Positions 10,183-20,196 are shown, numbered from the stretch's first letter. The stretch: DNA of 64,000 bases from an uncultured Clostridia bacterium (GCA_946529215.1 CAMMZC010000008.1:17656-81655); one strand, 5' to 3'. Made by a program: numbers and translations. Notes: a model not told the origin generated them from the letters alone.

Positions 10183-13100
10183 TTACTTAACAGCGTATTT
10201 CTTTATTACAACAACTCCTGCTGACAACATAGCAAGTGCTACTACTCCTGCAACTGTGTATATAATAATCATTTGTCTATCAGCACCTGTTGGTGGTACT
10301 ATAGTCATTCTTGCTTGAGTCAATTCTTCACTTGGTATTGTAGGTTTAATTATTAAAACTTGTTCATTATTATCTGAGCTATTTCCTGTTCCGTTTGTAA
10401 CTTTAATTAATCTTGCACGGTTTAATAATTCTAAATCCTCATCTGTTTGAGGTATAATTCTATGTGCAACAATTGTTGCTGAATCTGAAGTTTTAACATT
10501 ATTATTAGCTCTTGCAGTATTTTTTTCTGTATATAGCTTTGAATTCCAATTGTTTAATTTAATTACTGTTGTTTTTGCTAATTCATCATCTTGTGATAAA
10601 TTGCTATCTGTTACTACTTCAAATTGTAACTTAGATGATTTTTCTTGATCAAATTGTAATGTCTCATCTAAATAGTCTACTAGCTCATTTACAACTAATG
10701 TAACTTCTTTATTAGGATCTGCTTCACCAAAGTAATAATATTCATTATTGTAGTAGTTAACATCTGAAATATTTGTTACTTTAATTGCATATGTCAATTC
10801 TAAAGTAGAACCATAAATTAATTCATCTAATAATTCTGCTCTTACATATGAACTTCCACCATTTATATTGTTCATATCTCCTAAGTCACTTACACCTTGT
10901 AATTTGTCAGTTTCTGGATTTCCATTAATCTCTAAGTTGTTTTGTGTATTTGTTAATTTTATGTTCGTTATTATTTTTTCTAATTTAGCTTCTTGTTTTG
11001 GCATTTCAATGATACCTAAATTTAGTCCTTCAAATTTGTTTAATGCTAATGTTTCGTTTAGATATTCTACTTTAACATTTGCTGTATTATTTCCATCTGA
11101 TATTTCTTGTTGAGCTTGTGTTTGGGCTCCCTTAAGTTCAGTAGAGTTATTAGGACTATTTTCTACTGTTATAGCTAATTTTGCTGTTCCTGCCATTATA
11201 TTTTGTAAAGTTCCACTGTTTACAGCAATTCTAGTATTTAAGTTATCTACTGCAACAGAACTATTTACATCACCAAGTAGTCTGTACCATGAATCGTTTC
11301 CGTTTTTTAGTCCATTTTTTGCACTTTCATTTTTAACTATAGTTGATTTATAATTTTTTATGTCTATTTCTGTACCATCTATTTTAGAAATCCATTCTTT
11401 ATTTATTGTATTTCCTTCTAGGTCCTTAATTTCTTGTTTTCCATTACCATAAGTAAATCTTAAGAAATAATATCCTGGTACAACTCCGCCAAATGTATAT
11501 TCTCCTTTTTCATCAGTAACTGCCATTGCTGTACTTATTACAGCTTTTTTAGTATTATTTGCTGTATTTATTACTCTATATAATTGAGATACATTTAACT
11601 TATTAATATCATTTACTGATAAAGTATTAATATTTGCAATATTTCCTGATATATCAAGCAATTCTACTTTTACCCCTGAAACAGCTTTTTCTCCATTATC
11701 ATAAACACCATTTCCAAGTTTTTGTCCATCATTTGTTACTACTCTATCTTCAAATACTCTACCTGAAATAACTCTTTCTTCTCCTAATCTAAAGATTAAG
11801 TATGGTGCACTTGAACTTCTAGATTCTTCTATTGTTTGATGTTGCTGATTTGCTTTTAATATTGTTTTTCCTTCCCAACTATAATCATTTCTAGTATATT
11901 TATGATATCCTATACTATTAACTGTTGTTGGATATTTTTCTATAATTCCATTTGGATGTTCTAATATATCATCTATAGCTTTGCGATTAACACTAAAGTT
12001 AATTTTTACTGTAGCTGTTTTATTTACTCCAATATCTGCAATTGGTTTGTTATATTGTGCAGTATTATTTCCTTCTGCTTTCCAATTTCCATCGTTTAAT
12101 GTATATCTATTATTATCAAAAGTATTTGTTAGTTTAGAAATATGTAATGCATTTTCCTTGTATAAATTTGCATCATTAATTACATTTGTATTTGTTATAT
12201 CTATTCTATATCCTACATCTACTTTTAATTCTTCATTACTATTGTTGCTCTTATATACTATCTCTGATGGATAAATATTTGCTGTATATCCTCTAATTGA
12301 TCCAACTTTTTGCCAATTAACTGTTGGTGCTGCAACTTTACTTGTATCACCTTGCATACCATATCTATATGTGTAGTCAAATCCTCTAATATTTATTTTT
12401 ACATACTCTAGGTTTTCAGATAAGCTATAGTTTGCCTTTGGAATTTCTTTAATTCCTAAGTTAATATTATTTAAAACTGCTCCTTCCATAAGCTTATTGA
12501 AAAGATTTCCAGATAAACCATAGGTTGTTTCATCTTTTGTTCCTTTATATGTTGTTGCAATTCCTTTTAAGTCTACGTCTTTTACTGCTACATTATCCAT
12601 TATTGCTCTTGAACCATTTTTTACTATTTGGTTAGCAATTGCTGAATTAAATGCTACTGGAATATATTTTATATATTTATGTTCTTTTCCTTGTGCATCT
12701 TTATATGTTTCTTTTAAACTGTTTAGACCACTATAGTCAAATTCTACATAATAATCTTTTAATTGTGATTGACTAATTAGTTTATCAAATATATATTCAC
12801 CATTTGCATTTGTTAACACATAATCTTTATTTCCAACTTTAATCGCTTTCTTTGTCTTCTTGTCTTTTAATCTTACTTTAACTCCTGCAACCCTTGATTT
12901 AGCTTCTAGACTTGGGTCATATAAACTGTTATATGTGTCACTTTTAACTGTTTTTTGGTCAATCCATACATAACCTTTAATTGATATTTTTTGTTGGTTA
13001 TTGTATTGTTTTGTAACATTCGTATTTTTTGAATTTATAACTGCTGTTCCAAAATCTACCCAATTATTCTTTTTGTCATATCCTTGTTGTGCTGATAAAT

Positions 13101-14730
13101 CATATCCATTTGGAGGTGTTACCTCATAAACTCTATATGTTCCATATTTTAAATTTTTTAAAGTTATTGTAGATGGATATACTTGTGCATTTTTAAAGCT
13201 ATTTTTATAATTATATGCTCCATTTTTTCCACTTAGCCATCCTTCTGATGTTTTAATTTTAAATCCTGCTGAAATTTCTTTTTTAGTATCTCTATCTACT
13301 TTTCTTATTGTTAAATTTCCAACTGTTTTTTTGTTTTTATATGTTTTTGTAACACTTGTTGTTTTTAAACTTACAGTAGCTGTTCCAAAGTATACACCTT
13401 TTTTATTTTTCTCTCCTGGTATAGATTTATATCCATTTTGAGCAGATAAATCATATCCATCTTGACTTATCACTTCCCAAATTTTATATTTACCAAATTT
13501 TAAGTCCCATAATGTAATTGCTCTATAACCACGAGGTACTATTTTACCATTATTTATAAGTATACTTTTTGAATTATCAACAGTATAATATGTCTCTCCT
13601 TTACCAAAAGAATTGTTATATGTATAATGTCCATTATTTCCACTTAACCATCCTTCTGATGTTTGAATTTTAAATCCTGCTATTAATCCAGTTTTAGTAT
13701 TTTTGCTATCTACTTTTTGAATTGTTAAATTCCCATTACTTTTTACATTAAATTTAACTGATTTATTTTGTCTTGTTTCTCCTGGCTTAATAAGTATAAT
13801 ACCTTGACCATGTCCTTTTCCACCATTTCCAGACCAAAAGTCATTTTTAGCTAAAAATAGAATTCTTGCACTTAATACACTTGAGCTAGCATTAACTGTA
13901 ACATTTTTAATTTTTGTTCCATCTGTAACTTTTATATAAAAATTACTATTACTTTTAATTTTTGATATTTGTTTTGTACAAGCTTTATCTGAATATATTC
14001 TTATTTTGTTACCTGCAATTGTTCCATTAACTCCTGTAACAGTTAAAGATACACTATCACCTGTAACTTTTGCTTTAAAAGGTCCATAAGTATTTGCTGC
14101 ATATTCGCTTACTTCTTTTGCACCTGTGATTTCAGCACTAGCTTCTCCTGTTGAATTATTTGAAAAATTTATAGCTTCTTGACGTAGTTTTTTTGCTGCC
14201 TCTTTTGCTTCTTTTTCTTGATGTGAAAAATAATTGTCAATACTGTATTTGTTTTTTTCATTTTTCCAATTATTTTTTAGGAATCCATCACCAAGTGCAT
14301 TTAACCATGTATTCTTATATGACCAAATTGCGATATTTCTTGATGACATTTTATTGCTTCCATCTTTTAAATACATTTCCCTTCTATAATTACCTTTAAA
14401 TAATATATAGTTCATAATTACATTTGCTTTTTTAACAACAGTTTTTCCTGTTCCAATACTTTTAGCAGTTCTTCCATTTATTTCTATTATATCAGTAACT
14501 TTATATTGTCCTCCAGAAAATCCAGTTTTATGTTCAAAACAGAAAGTATCATTTCTTCCTCTTGAAAATCCTCCATTTAATTGAACTATATCACCAATTT
14601 TACCATAATCTTTTATAGTATCTGCTTGATTTAATCCATAAGTTGTTGCATTTACTTCACTAGCAAATAATACTATAGTTGTAAGTATTGTAATAATAAT
14701 ACTTAAAATAAAACTTTTTTTAGTTTTCAT
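10183..14730 (-). CDS. Giant (1515 aa) surface adhesin with a signal peptide, an N-terminal Cys-containing domain (candidate thioester domain), tandem Cna-B-type repeat domains, and a C-terminus 'VPPTG' + TM + KKYAVK.
   Basis: Signal peptide MKTKKSFILSIIITILTTIVLFASEVNA. Motif TFCFEH. Repeated '...GKYKIWEVISQDGYDLSAQNGY' and 'GTYRVYEVTPPNGYDLSAQQGY' Cna-B-type motifs. Hydrophobic C-terminal anchor with a basic tail. Paralog of the partial gene at 1..5172. Confidence 0.8.
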   Translation of the reverse strand: MKTKKSFILSIIITILTTIVLFASEVNATTYGLNQADTIKDYGKIGDIVQLNGGFSRGRNDTFCFEHKTGFSGGQYKVTDIIEINGRTAKSIGTGKTVVKKANVIMNYILFKGNYRREMYLKDGSNKMSSRNIAIWSYKNTWLNALGDGFLKNNWKNEKNKYSIDNYFSHQEKEAKEAAKKLRQEAINFSNNSTGEASAEITGAKEVSEYAANTYGPFKAKVTGDSVSLTVTGVNGTIAGNKIRIYSDKACTKQISKIKSNSNFYIKVTDGTKIKNVTVNASSSVLSARILFLAKNDFWSGNGGKGHGQGIILIKPGETRQNKSVKFNVKSNGNLTIQKVDSKNTKTGLIAGFKIQTSEGWLSGNNGHYTYNNSFGKGETYYTVDNSKSILINNGKIVPRGYRAITLWDLKFGKYKIWEVISQDGYDLSAQNGYKSIPGEKNKKGVYFGTATVSLKTTSVTKTYKNKKTVGNLTIRKVDRDTKKEISAGFKIKTSEGWLSGKNGAYNYKNSFKNAQVYPSTITLKNLKYGTYRVYEVTPPNGYDLSAQQGYDKKNNWVDFGTAVINSKNTNVTKQYNNQQKISIKGYVWIDQKTVKSDTYNSLYDPSLEAKSRVAGVKVRLKDKKTKKAIKVGNKDYVLTNANGEYIFDKLISQSQLKDYYVEFDYSGLNSLKETYKDAQGKEHKYIKYIPVAFNSAIANQIVKNGSRAIMDNVAVKDVDLKGIATTYKGTKDETTYGLSGNLFNKLMEGAVLNNINLGIKEIPKANYSLSENLEYVKINIRGFDYTYRYGMQGDTSKVAAPTVNWQKVGSIRGYTANIYPSEIVYKSNNSNEELKVDVGYRIDITNTNVINDANLYKENALHISKLTNTFDNNRYTLNDGNWKAEGNNTAQYNKPIADIGVNKTATVKINFSVNRKAIDDILEHPNGIIEKYPTTVNSIGYHKYTRNDYSWEGKTILKANQQHQTIEESRSSSAPYLIFRLGEERVISGRVFEDRVVTNDGQKLGNGVYDNGEKAVSGVKVELLDISGNIANINTLSVNDINKLNVSQLYRVINTANNTKKAVISTAMAVTDEKGEYTFGGVVPGYYFLRFTYGNGKQEIKDLEGNTINKEWISKIDGTEIDIKNYKSTIVKNESAKNGLKNGNDSWYRLLGDVNSSVAVDNLNTRIAVNSGTLQNIMAGTAKLAITVENSPNNSTELKGAQTQAQQEISDGNNTANVKVEYLNETLALNKFEGLNLGIIEMPKQEAKLEKIITNIKLTNTQNNLEINGNPETDKLQGVSDLGDMNNINGGSSYVRAELLDELIYGSTLELTYAIKVTNISDVNYYNNEYYYFGEADPNKEVTLVVNELVDYLDETLQFDQEKSSKLQFEVVTDSNLSQDDELAKTTVIKLNNWNSKLYTEKNTARANNNVKTSDSATIVAHRIIPQTDEDLELLNRARLIKVTNGTGNSSDNNEQVLIIKPTIPSEELTQARMTIVPPTGADRQMIIIYTVAGVVALAMLSAGVVVIKKYAVK

Positions 14731-14750
14731 TTAAAATCCTCCCTTCACTC

Positions 14751-17700
14751 TTATATTTCAATTTTTTCTATTAGTAACTTTTTATTTATTAAATATGCTA
14801 GTCCGCAGATAATTATTATAACAGTTAATGTTAATGTAACATAACTTACTGCTGTACCTGTTTTTACACCTATTATTGCATCTGCTGATCCTGCATTTAC
14901 TGTATCTTGGTTATTTTTATCTGTTGTGGTATTTGGTATTCCAAAGCTGTTATAAGCTGCTTCAATTTCTGCTTTGTTGTTTGTAAGTCCTGTATTAGAT
15001 TCTGTCATTTTCTTTGTTAGAGTTAATGTAACTTCTTCTGTCTCTCCTGGCTCTATTATTGTATCTGCAAGACTTGACGTGTATACATTGTTTCCTTTTT
15101 TATACCAATCACTATTAATAGCTGAATTAAACATTAATGATGATGGCAAATAGTCAACTATTGATTTTGCATATCCTGCAACTTCTCCAACATTTGTAAC
15201 TTTTAATTTATATTCTATTACAACATTTGAATCACTTAATTCTTTTGATGGAATTTCTACCTTAGCTAAGTTTTGGTCTTCATAGTCGTAAGTCTTTGAG
15301 CCATTTTTATTTGTTATAATTATCTTACTTATTGTCTTTTCAAGTTTTAGACTGAACGTTTTAGCTTCTGTAAGTCCTAAATCTATGTCTATTACATCTT
15401 GTGTAAGGTTTATGCTATCTGTAAATGCTGCGGTTATTTCTTGATCATTTATCATTCTTGAAGCTTTGACTGCATCTGAATTTATTGATTCATCTATTCC
15501 ATCTGCTTTATATGATGTAACCATATATTTATCTGTGTCATATTCAAATGTAACTATATATTTTCCTTTTGAAAGATTTGATAATTCATAAGTTCCGTCA
15601 CTGCCTGTTGTAGTTGTTATCTCCTCATTTTCATATGTTGCTATTTTATTTGTAACTACATTAATTGCATATACTTTTATTCCTTCTAATAATTCTTCTT
15701 CATCATCTCTTAAACCATCATTATTTTCGTCTTTCCATACTGTTCCTGTAATTGTATATGTTTCTGTGTTTTGATCTCCATAATCAATATCATCTGAATC
15801 ATCTACATTTGGTTCATCCGAATCATCATCTTGCTGATCATCTATATCATCTGAAATATCATCTTGATCAACTTCTTCATCTTTTTCTTCTTCTATTTTT
15901 ATATAGTATTCATTTGTATTTGTTTCATCTACCAGTCCTATATTTCCATATACTAATACTTTGTTTCTTAATTTTAGTATACCTGTTTCTAATGGTAGGT
16001 TGTCTGAAACTTTTGTAGTTATTTGAAGAGTATATTCTTCTGATTGTTTTATACCTAAGTTTTCTATTACAACAATACTATATTCATTATCATCTTCAAA
16101 ATATGGTTCTATTTCATATTCTGTTTCTGCATATTGTTTTCCATTAAGAGTAACTGATTCAATTTCTAGATAATCAGAAATCATTGTTTCTATTCTTAAA
16201 TTATCTGAATCTACATTTCCAATATTTTTTATTTTTGCTATATATGTAATCGTATCTCCTGATTGAACATATCTATCTGTATTTTTAGATGTAGTTGTAG
16301 TAGACAATTGTACTTTTATTTTTTCCGTACTTACATTATCTGTAACTAAATTAGATCTATACACTGAATTATTTTTATCTTTTGCTTCCAATCCTATTTG
16401 TGCATATGTTAATGTTTCTGTAGGTTGTTTTATTGTTGTTTGTAGTTTTATTGTAGCTTTGTCCTTTGGCTTTATAGATTTTATTGTAAATGTCTTTGTA
16501 TTACTTGGAACTTCTTCTGTAGTCTCTCCAGAATGATATTCTATACTATCTATTGAAATTAGATCATTTTCTTTAATTGTTATCTGTATATCTTTTTGTT
16601 CAGAATTTGATATATTATTTACATCTGCAAAATATAAACATCTTTGTCCGTTTTCAAGCTCAGTAACTATATCTCTTCCTACAGGAATAATATTTATTGT
16701 TAATGTAGCAGGTACAAATTTATTTGAAAATTCTTGAGTTTTCGTTTCTCCTTCTACTACTGTAACAGATAATTTTGTAGATTCTGTTTTTATTTCTGTT
16801 AAGTTTTCTTTTACTTTTACCTTATATTTTAAAATTATATATTCGTTTTCATTTAAACTAACATTACTTTTTGTAAGAACAGTATCTGCTTTTTCAATAT
16901 AATATGGTTCATCATATGTATAGTCTCCTGATTCTTCATTTACCCCTGGATATTTTGGGTTAATATCTAATAAAATTGTATTTTCTGGTATAGTTGCTTT
17001 AATTGTTGCGTTTTCCATCTTTTGACTTCCCGAATTTGAAACCTTAACTGTATATTCTATTATTTCTCCCGCTTTTACTTCATCACCTTGTTTTATTTCT
17101 GTTCCTTGAACTTTTGCTGTTAAACTGGTCGTTATTTCTGCTACTTTTCCTGTAAATAGAACTATTTTTGTAGATTCTGCTTGCTTTTGGGTAGTACTTA
17201 AGTTGTTTGTATATGAAACTTTGTAGAAAGTTTCTGTACTTAGATTATATGGTAAATTCTTTGCAATATTTATGTCATAACTAAAGTTTATTTTCGCACC
17301 ATTTGCAAGTGAATTAATTACTATTAAATAGTATTTAGAATCTTTTGTGGCATCTTCTTTCCAATTGTTTTCTGCTTTGCTAATACTTGTTGTAGGATTT
17401 TCTACAGATGTATAATAAACTTTAGCATTTTCCATATTTGTTCTTATTTTACTTGTTCTTTCTATTTTTCCACTTATATTTGCTATTTTTCCAAGTATTG
17501 CTATATTTGATATATCTGTTTCTTCATTATTTACTACTTGCATTTTTACTGTTGCATTTTTAGCTTCTGCATTACTACTAAGTTTAATTTCTTTGTCAGT
17601 TTCTTTTCCAAGTGTTGTAATATTATATTCTTCTATATTGTTTGTTAATATCATTGAATTTTGTGCTACTATATTAATATTAACTTTTTGCTCTCCTTTA

Positions 17701-19700
17701 TCTGCAAAGCTAGTAGCATTTTCGTTTGTATATGTCATAACAATTTCTTCTAAACTATTAGTTGCCATCTTATCTAGTCCAACATTTGCAGTTATATTTA
17801 GTGTTGCACCTTTTACAGCATCACCCTGATAATTTTTTTGTTCTCCTGTTAAATTAATTGTTATAACTTCTTGTCCGTTTTCTTGATTTATTTTAAAATT
17901 ACCTTTTTCTAAGTTTAGACCATTTCCATACATTAAACTACATTTTGCATATATTTTATTTATTTGTTTTGGTAATTTAATTTTTACAACTGGATTTTTA
18001 AATAAATCTCTATATTCACTATCTGTCTCTAATACTGCTGTTATGTGCATTTCTTGTTCTGCTGATGTTGTAAGTGTAATTGGTTCTACTTTTAAACTTG
18101 CTCTTGATTCTGTTTCTTTTAAAGTTATTGTAGAATTTGATGTTGCTGTATTTGTCAAACCATCATTTTTTGTATATGTTACTTTATTTGAATCTTTTAT
18201 TTTAGTTAATTCTTTTATCTCTGTTCTTTTATAATTAGTCTTTTCTATTGTTTTTGTTACTTCATATTTTAAAACTCCATTATTTACAGGTTTTGATGTT
18301 TCTATATTTAACACTTTTGCACCTGATTCAAGAGCAACTATTATATTTCCACTTTCATCTGTTTCATTTGTGTTTGTAATTGTTTTAATATTACTTGCTT
18401 GATCTTGTATGCTTATATTCCATTGACTTCCCAACACATTTTCAATATTTGCTTTGTTAAATTTAATGTTTTTGTATATGACTGATAATTCTTTTTCTTC
18501 TTCGCCTTTTAGTGCTTTTGACTCTTGTTCTAATATCTCAAGTTTTTGTAATACACTTGCATAATCTATATTAACTTCTGTTTTTGTTATATACTCTTTT
18601 TGCTCTCCAGCATATATTTTTCCTTTTGCTATTTCTGATTGAGTTTCTTTTTCTGTTATAGTCGCAAAATTTTCTTTATTTTCTGAAATAGTCGTTTCTA
18701 CACTTTTAGATAATACTTTATCATTATATGTATAGATTGAAGAATTGGCAGTAATTTTTGAATTTGTAATTTCGACTGTTTCTGGATATTTTAATGTAAC
18801 TACAAATTCATCACTTGCATTTTTTTGCCATACTATTTTGTTATTTTGACCATTTGCAACTCTTATAATTAACTTCCCATCTTTATATTCATAATTTGAT
18901 GATAAAAATTCTTTATCTCCATTTGTTGAAGCTGTTGTCCTTTTATGTACTGTAACAGTTTCAGCTTCTGCTGGAATATTTAATTCTATATTTGTATCTC
19001 TTACAGGATAAGAATTATTTTCTATTTTACTTTTAACTAAAAGTTGAACTATTTTTTTGTTTGTTCCATCTTCATTATATGTAGCATTTGTTAATACTTC
19101 TGCACTTAATACTGAATTTATATTTTCAGGATATGTCCAATTTAAGTTAAGCTCAGCTTTGCCTTTTATTTGTGCACTATTTTTACTATTAACATAGTTT
19201 CCTGTTAAATTGATTATAGATGTTCTTGATAAATAGTCTATATCGAATTCTTGCAAATTAGTAAATTCTATTCCAACTTCTACTGTTTTTATATCACCAT
19301 CATTTATTTGTTTAAAAGTCAGTGATTTTTCATCAATGTTACTAATATATTCACTTTTTGTATCTGTTTTAAATTTAAAATTTGCATTCTCATCTAATTC
19401 TATTTTTGCATTAGATAAATATCCATCTTTCTTAACACCTAACTCAAATGTAACTTTTAAATCTTGTTTGTCTATCGCAGCTGTAGTATTTAGTGTTTTG
19501 TTGTTTGCAAAATATGCTTTAAATTCGATATTTTGATTATTTACTTCTGCTGTATCAATAGCATAGCTTATCGAACTTGACCCAATTTGAGCCATCTGAA
19601 TTAAGTTTGAGCCAACCATACTTAAATCTGCCATAGTAATCGTAAAGATAGACGCTATTGCACAAGTTTTTTGAATAATTCTTCTTCCTGTGGTGTTCAT
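14751..19700 (-). CDS. Giant (1649 aa) cell-surface protein and paralog of the 5187..9845 gene. It has DUF11-type modules, an SdrD-B/Cna-B-like domain and an acidic low-complexity linker. The C-terminus is 'GVKTGTAV' + TM + KK.
   Basis: The N-terminal region is homologous to the 5187..9845 product (IEFKAYFANNK... versus VQFRAYFKNGEE...). DUF11-like motif ITYIAKIKNIGNVDSDNLRIETMISDYLEIESV. Region 'WKDENNDGLRDDEEE...GTYEL..GKYIV'. RBS AAGGGAGGAAAAG. There is 20 bp to the next gene. Confidence 0.8.
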   Translation of the reverse strand: MNTTGRRIIQKTCAIASIFTITMADLSMVGSNLIQMAQIGSSSISYAIDTAEVNNQNIEFKAYFANNKTLNTTAAIDKQDLKVTFELGVKKDGYLSNAKIELDENANFKFKTDTKSEYISNIDEKSLTFKQINDGDIKTVEVGIEFTNLQEFDIDYLSRTSIINLTGNYVNSKNSAQIKGKAELNLNWTYPENINSVLSAEVLTNATYNEDGTNKKIVQLLVKSKIENNSYPVRDTNIELNIPAEAETVTVHKRTTASTNGDKEFLSSNYEYKDGKLIIRVANGQNNKIVWQKNASDEFVVTLKYPETVEITNSKITANSSIYTYNDKVLSKSVETTISENKENFATITEKETQSEIAKGKIYAGEQKEYITKTEVNIDYASVLQKLEILEQESKALKGEEEKELSVIYKNIKFNKANIENVLGSQWNISIQDQASNIKTITNTNETDESGNIIVALESGAKVLNIETSKPVNNGVLKYEVTKTIEKTNYKRTEIKELTKIKDSNKVTYTKNDGLTNTATSNSTITLKETESRASLKVEPITLTTSAEQEMHITAVLETDSEYRDLFKNPVVKIKLPKQINKIYAKCSLMYGNGLNLEKGNFKINQENGQEVITINLTGEQKNYQGDAVKGATLNITANVGLDKMATNSLEEIVMTYTNENATSFADKGEQKVNINIVAQNSMILTNNIEEYNITTLGKETDKEIKLSSNAEAKNATVKMQVVNNEETDISNIAILGKIANISGKIERTSKIRTNMENAKVYYTSVENPTTSISKAENNWKEDATKDSKYYLIVINSLANGAKINFSYDINIAKNLPYNLSTETFYKVSYTNNLSTTQKQAESTKIVLFTGKVAEITTSLTAKVQGTEIKQGDEVKAGEIIEYTVKVSNSGSQKMENATIKATIPENTILLDINPKYPGVNEESGDYTYDEPYYIEKADTVLTKSNVSLNENEYIILKYKVKVKENLTEIKTESTKLSVTVVEGETKTQEFSNKFVPATLTINIIPVGRDIVTELENGQRCLYFADVNNISNSEQKDIQITIKENDLISIDSIEYHSGETTEEVPSNTKTFTIKSIKPKDKATIKLQTTIKQPTETLTYAQIGLEAKDKNNSVYRSNLVTDNVSTEKIKVQLSTTTTSKNTDRYVQSGDTITYIAKIKNIGNVDSDNLRIETMISDYLEIESVTLNGKQYAETEYEIEPYFEDDNEYSIVVIENLGIKQSEEYTLQITTKVSDNLPLETGILKLRNKVLVYGNIGLVDETNTNEYYIKIEEEKDEEVDQDDISDDIDDQQDDDSDEPNVDDSDDIDYGDQNTETYTITGTVWKDENNDGLRDDEEELLEGIKVYAINVVTNKIATYENEEITTTTGSDGTYELSNLSKGKYIVTFEYDTDKYMVTSYKADGIDESINSDAVKASRMINDQEITAAFTDSINLTQDVIDIDLGLTEAKTFSLKLEKTISKIIITNKNGSKTYDYEDQNLAKVEIPSKELSDSNVVIEYKLKVTNVGEVAGYAKSIVDYLPSSLMFNSAINSDWYKKGNNVYTSSLADTIIEPGETEEVTLTLTKKMTESNTGLTNNKAEIEAAYNSFGIPNTTTDKNNQDTVNAGSADAIIGVKTGTAVSYVTLTLTVIIIICGLAYLINKKLLIEKIEI

Positions 19701-19753
19701 ACTTTTCCTCCCTTTAAAGTGTATATTTATTATTTCAAAATATGTCTGTTCTT

Positions 19754-19782
19754 ATTATAATTAAACATTTTTTTGTTGTCAA
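19754..19782 (-). promoter_or_regulatory. Near-consensus sigma-A promoter for the 14751..19700 / 10183..14730 operon. On the minus strand it reads TTGACA-17 nt-TATAAT.
   Basis: Reverse complement of 19741-19800 is ...tatattgacaacaaaaaaatgtttaattataataagaac.... It lies about 55 nt upstream of the ATG at 19700. Confidence 0.55.
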
Positions 19783-20040
19783 TATATAGTTTTTTGAATA
19801 TTTAAAATTAGCTTACGGCTTTTCATCTATGCCATTTTTTTACATTTTTATTACATTTTTGTTACCTAAAAAACATAAATTGACACTCTATTATTATTAT
19901 ACGCTTTTTTTCCTAATTTTGCAAGTGATTTGGTTAATTTTTTAAAGTTTTTATGTAACTTTTTCTTTTGTCACATTTTCAAATTAATTTCATATTATAA
20001 AATATTATTAAATATATATGTGATAGAAAGGTGTGATTAC

Positions 20041-20196
20041 ATGAATAACAATGATATGTCTAGTTTAATAAATATGCTATCCAAAATGGATACAAATCAG
20101 TTAGCTAATGGTATTAACCAACTAAATCAAATGCTTAGTAATGAAGATAAACAACGTATTATACAGGCTTTAAATAATCAAAATAAACATCAATAG
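20041..20196 (+). CDS. Small (51 aa) N/Q-rich hypothetical protein (MNNNDMSSLINMLSKMD...).
   Basis: ATG preceded by AAAGGTG. The listed ORF 19930..20196 has no RBS at its first ATG. It shares the 'LINML(S/K)K' motif with the next ORF. Confidence 0.4.
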   Translation: MNNNDMSSLINMLSKMDTNQLANGINQLNQMLSNEDKQRIIQALNNQNKHQ

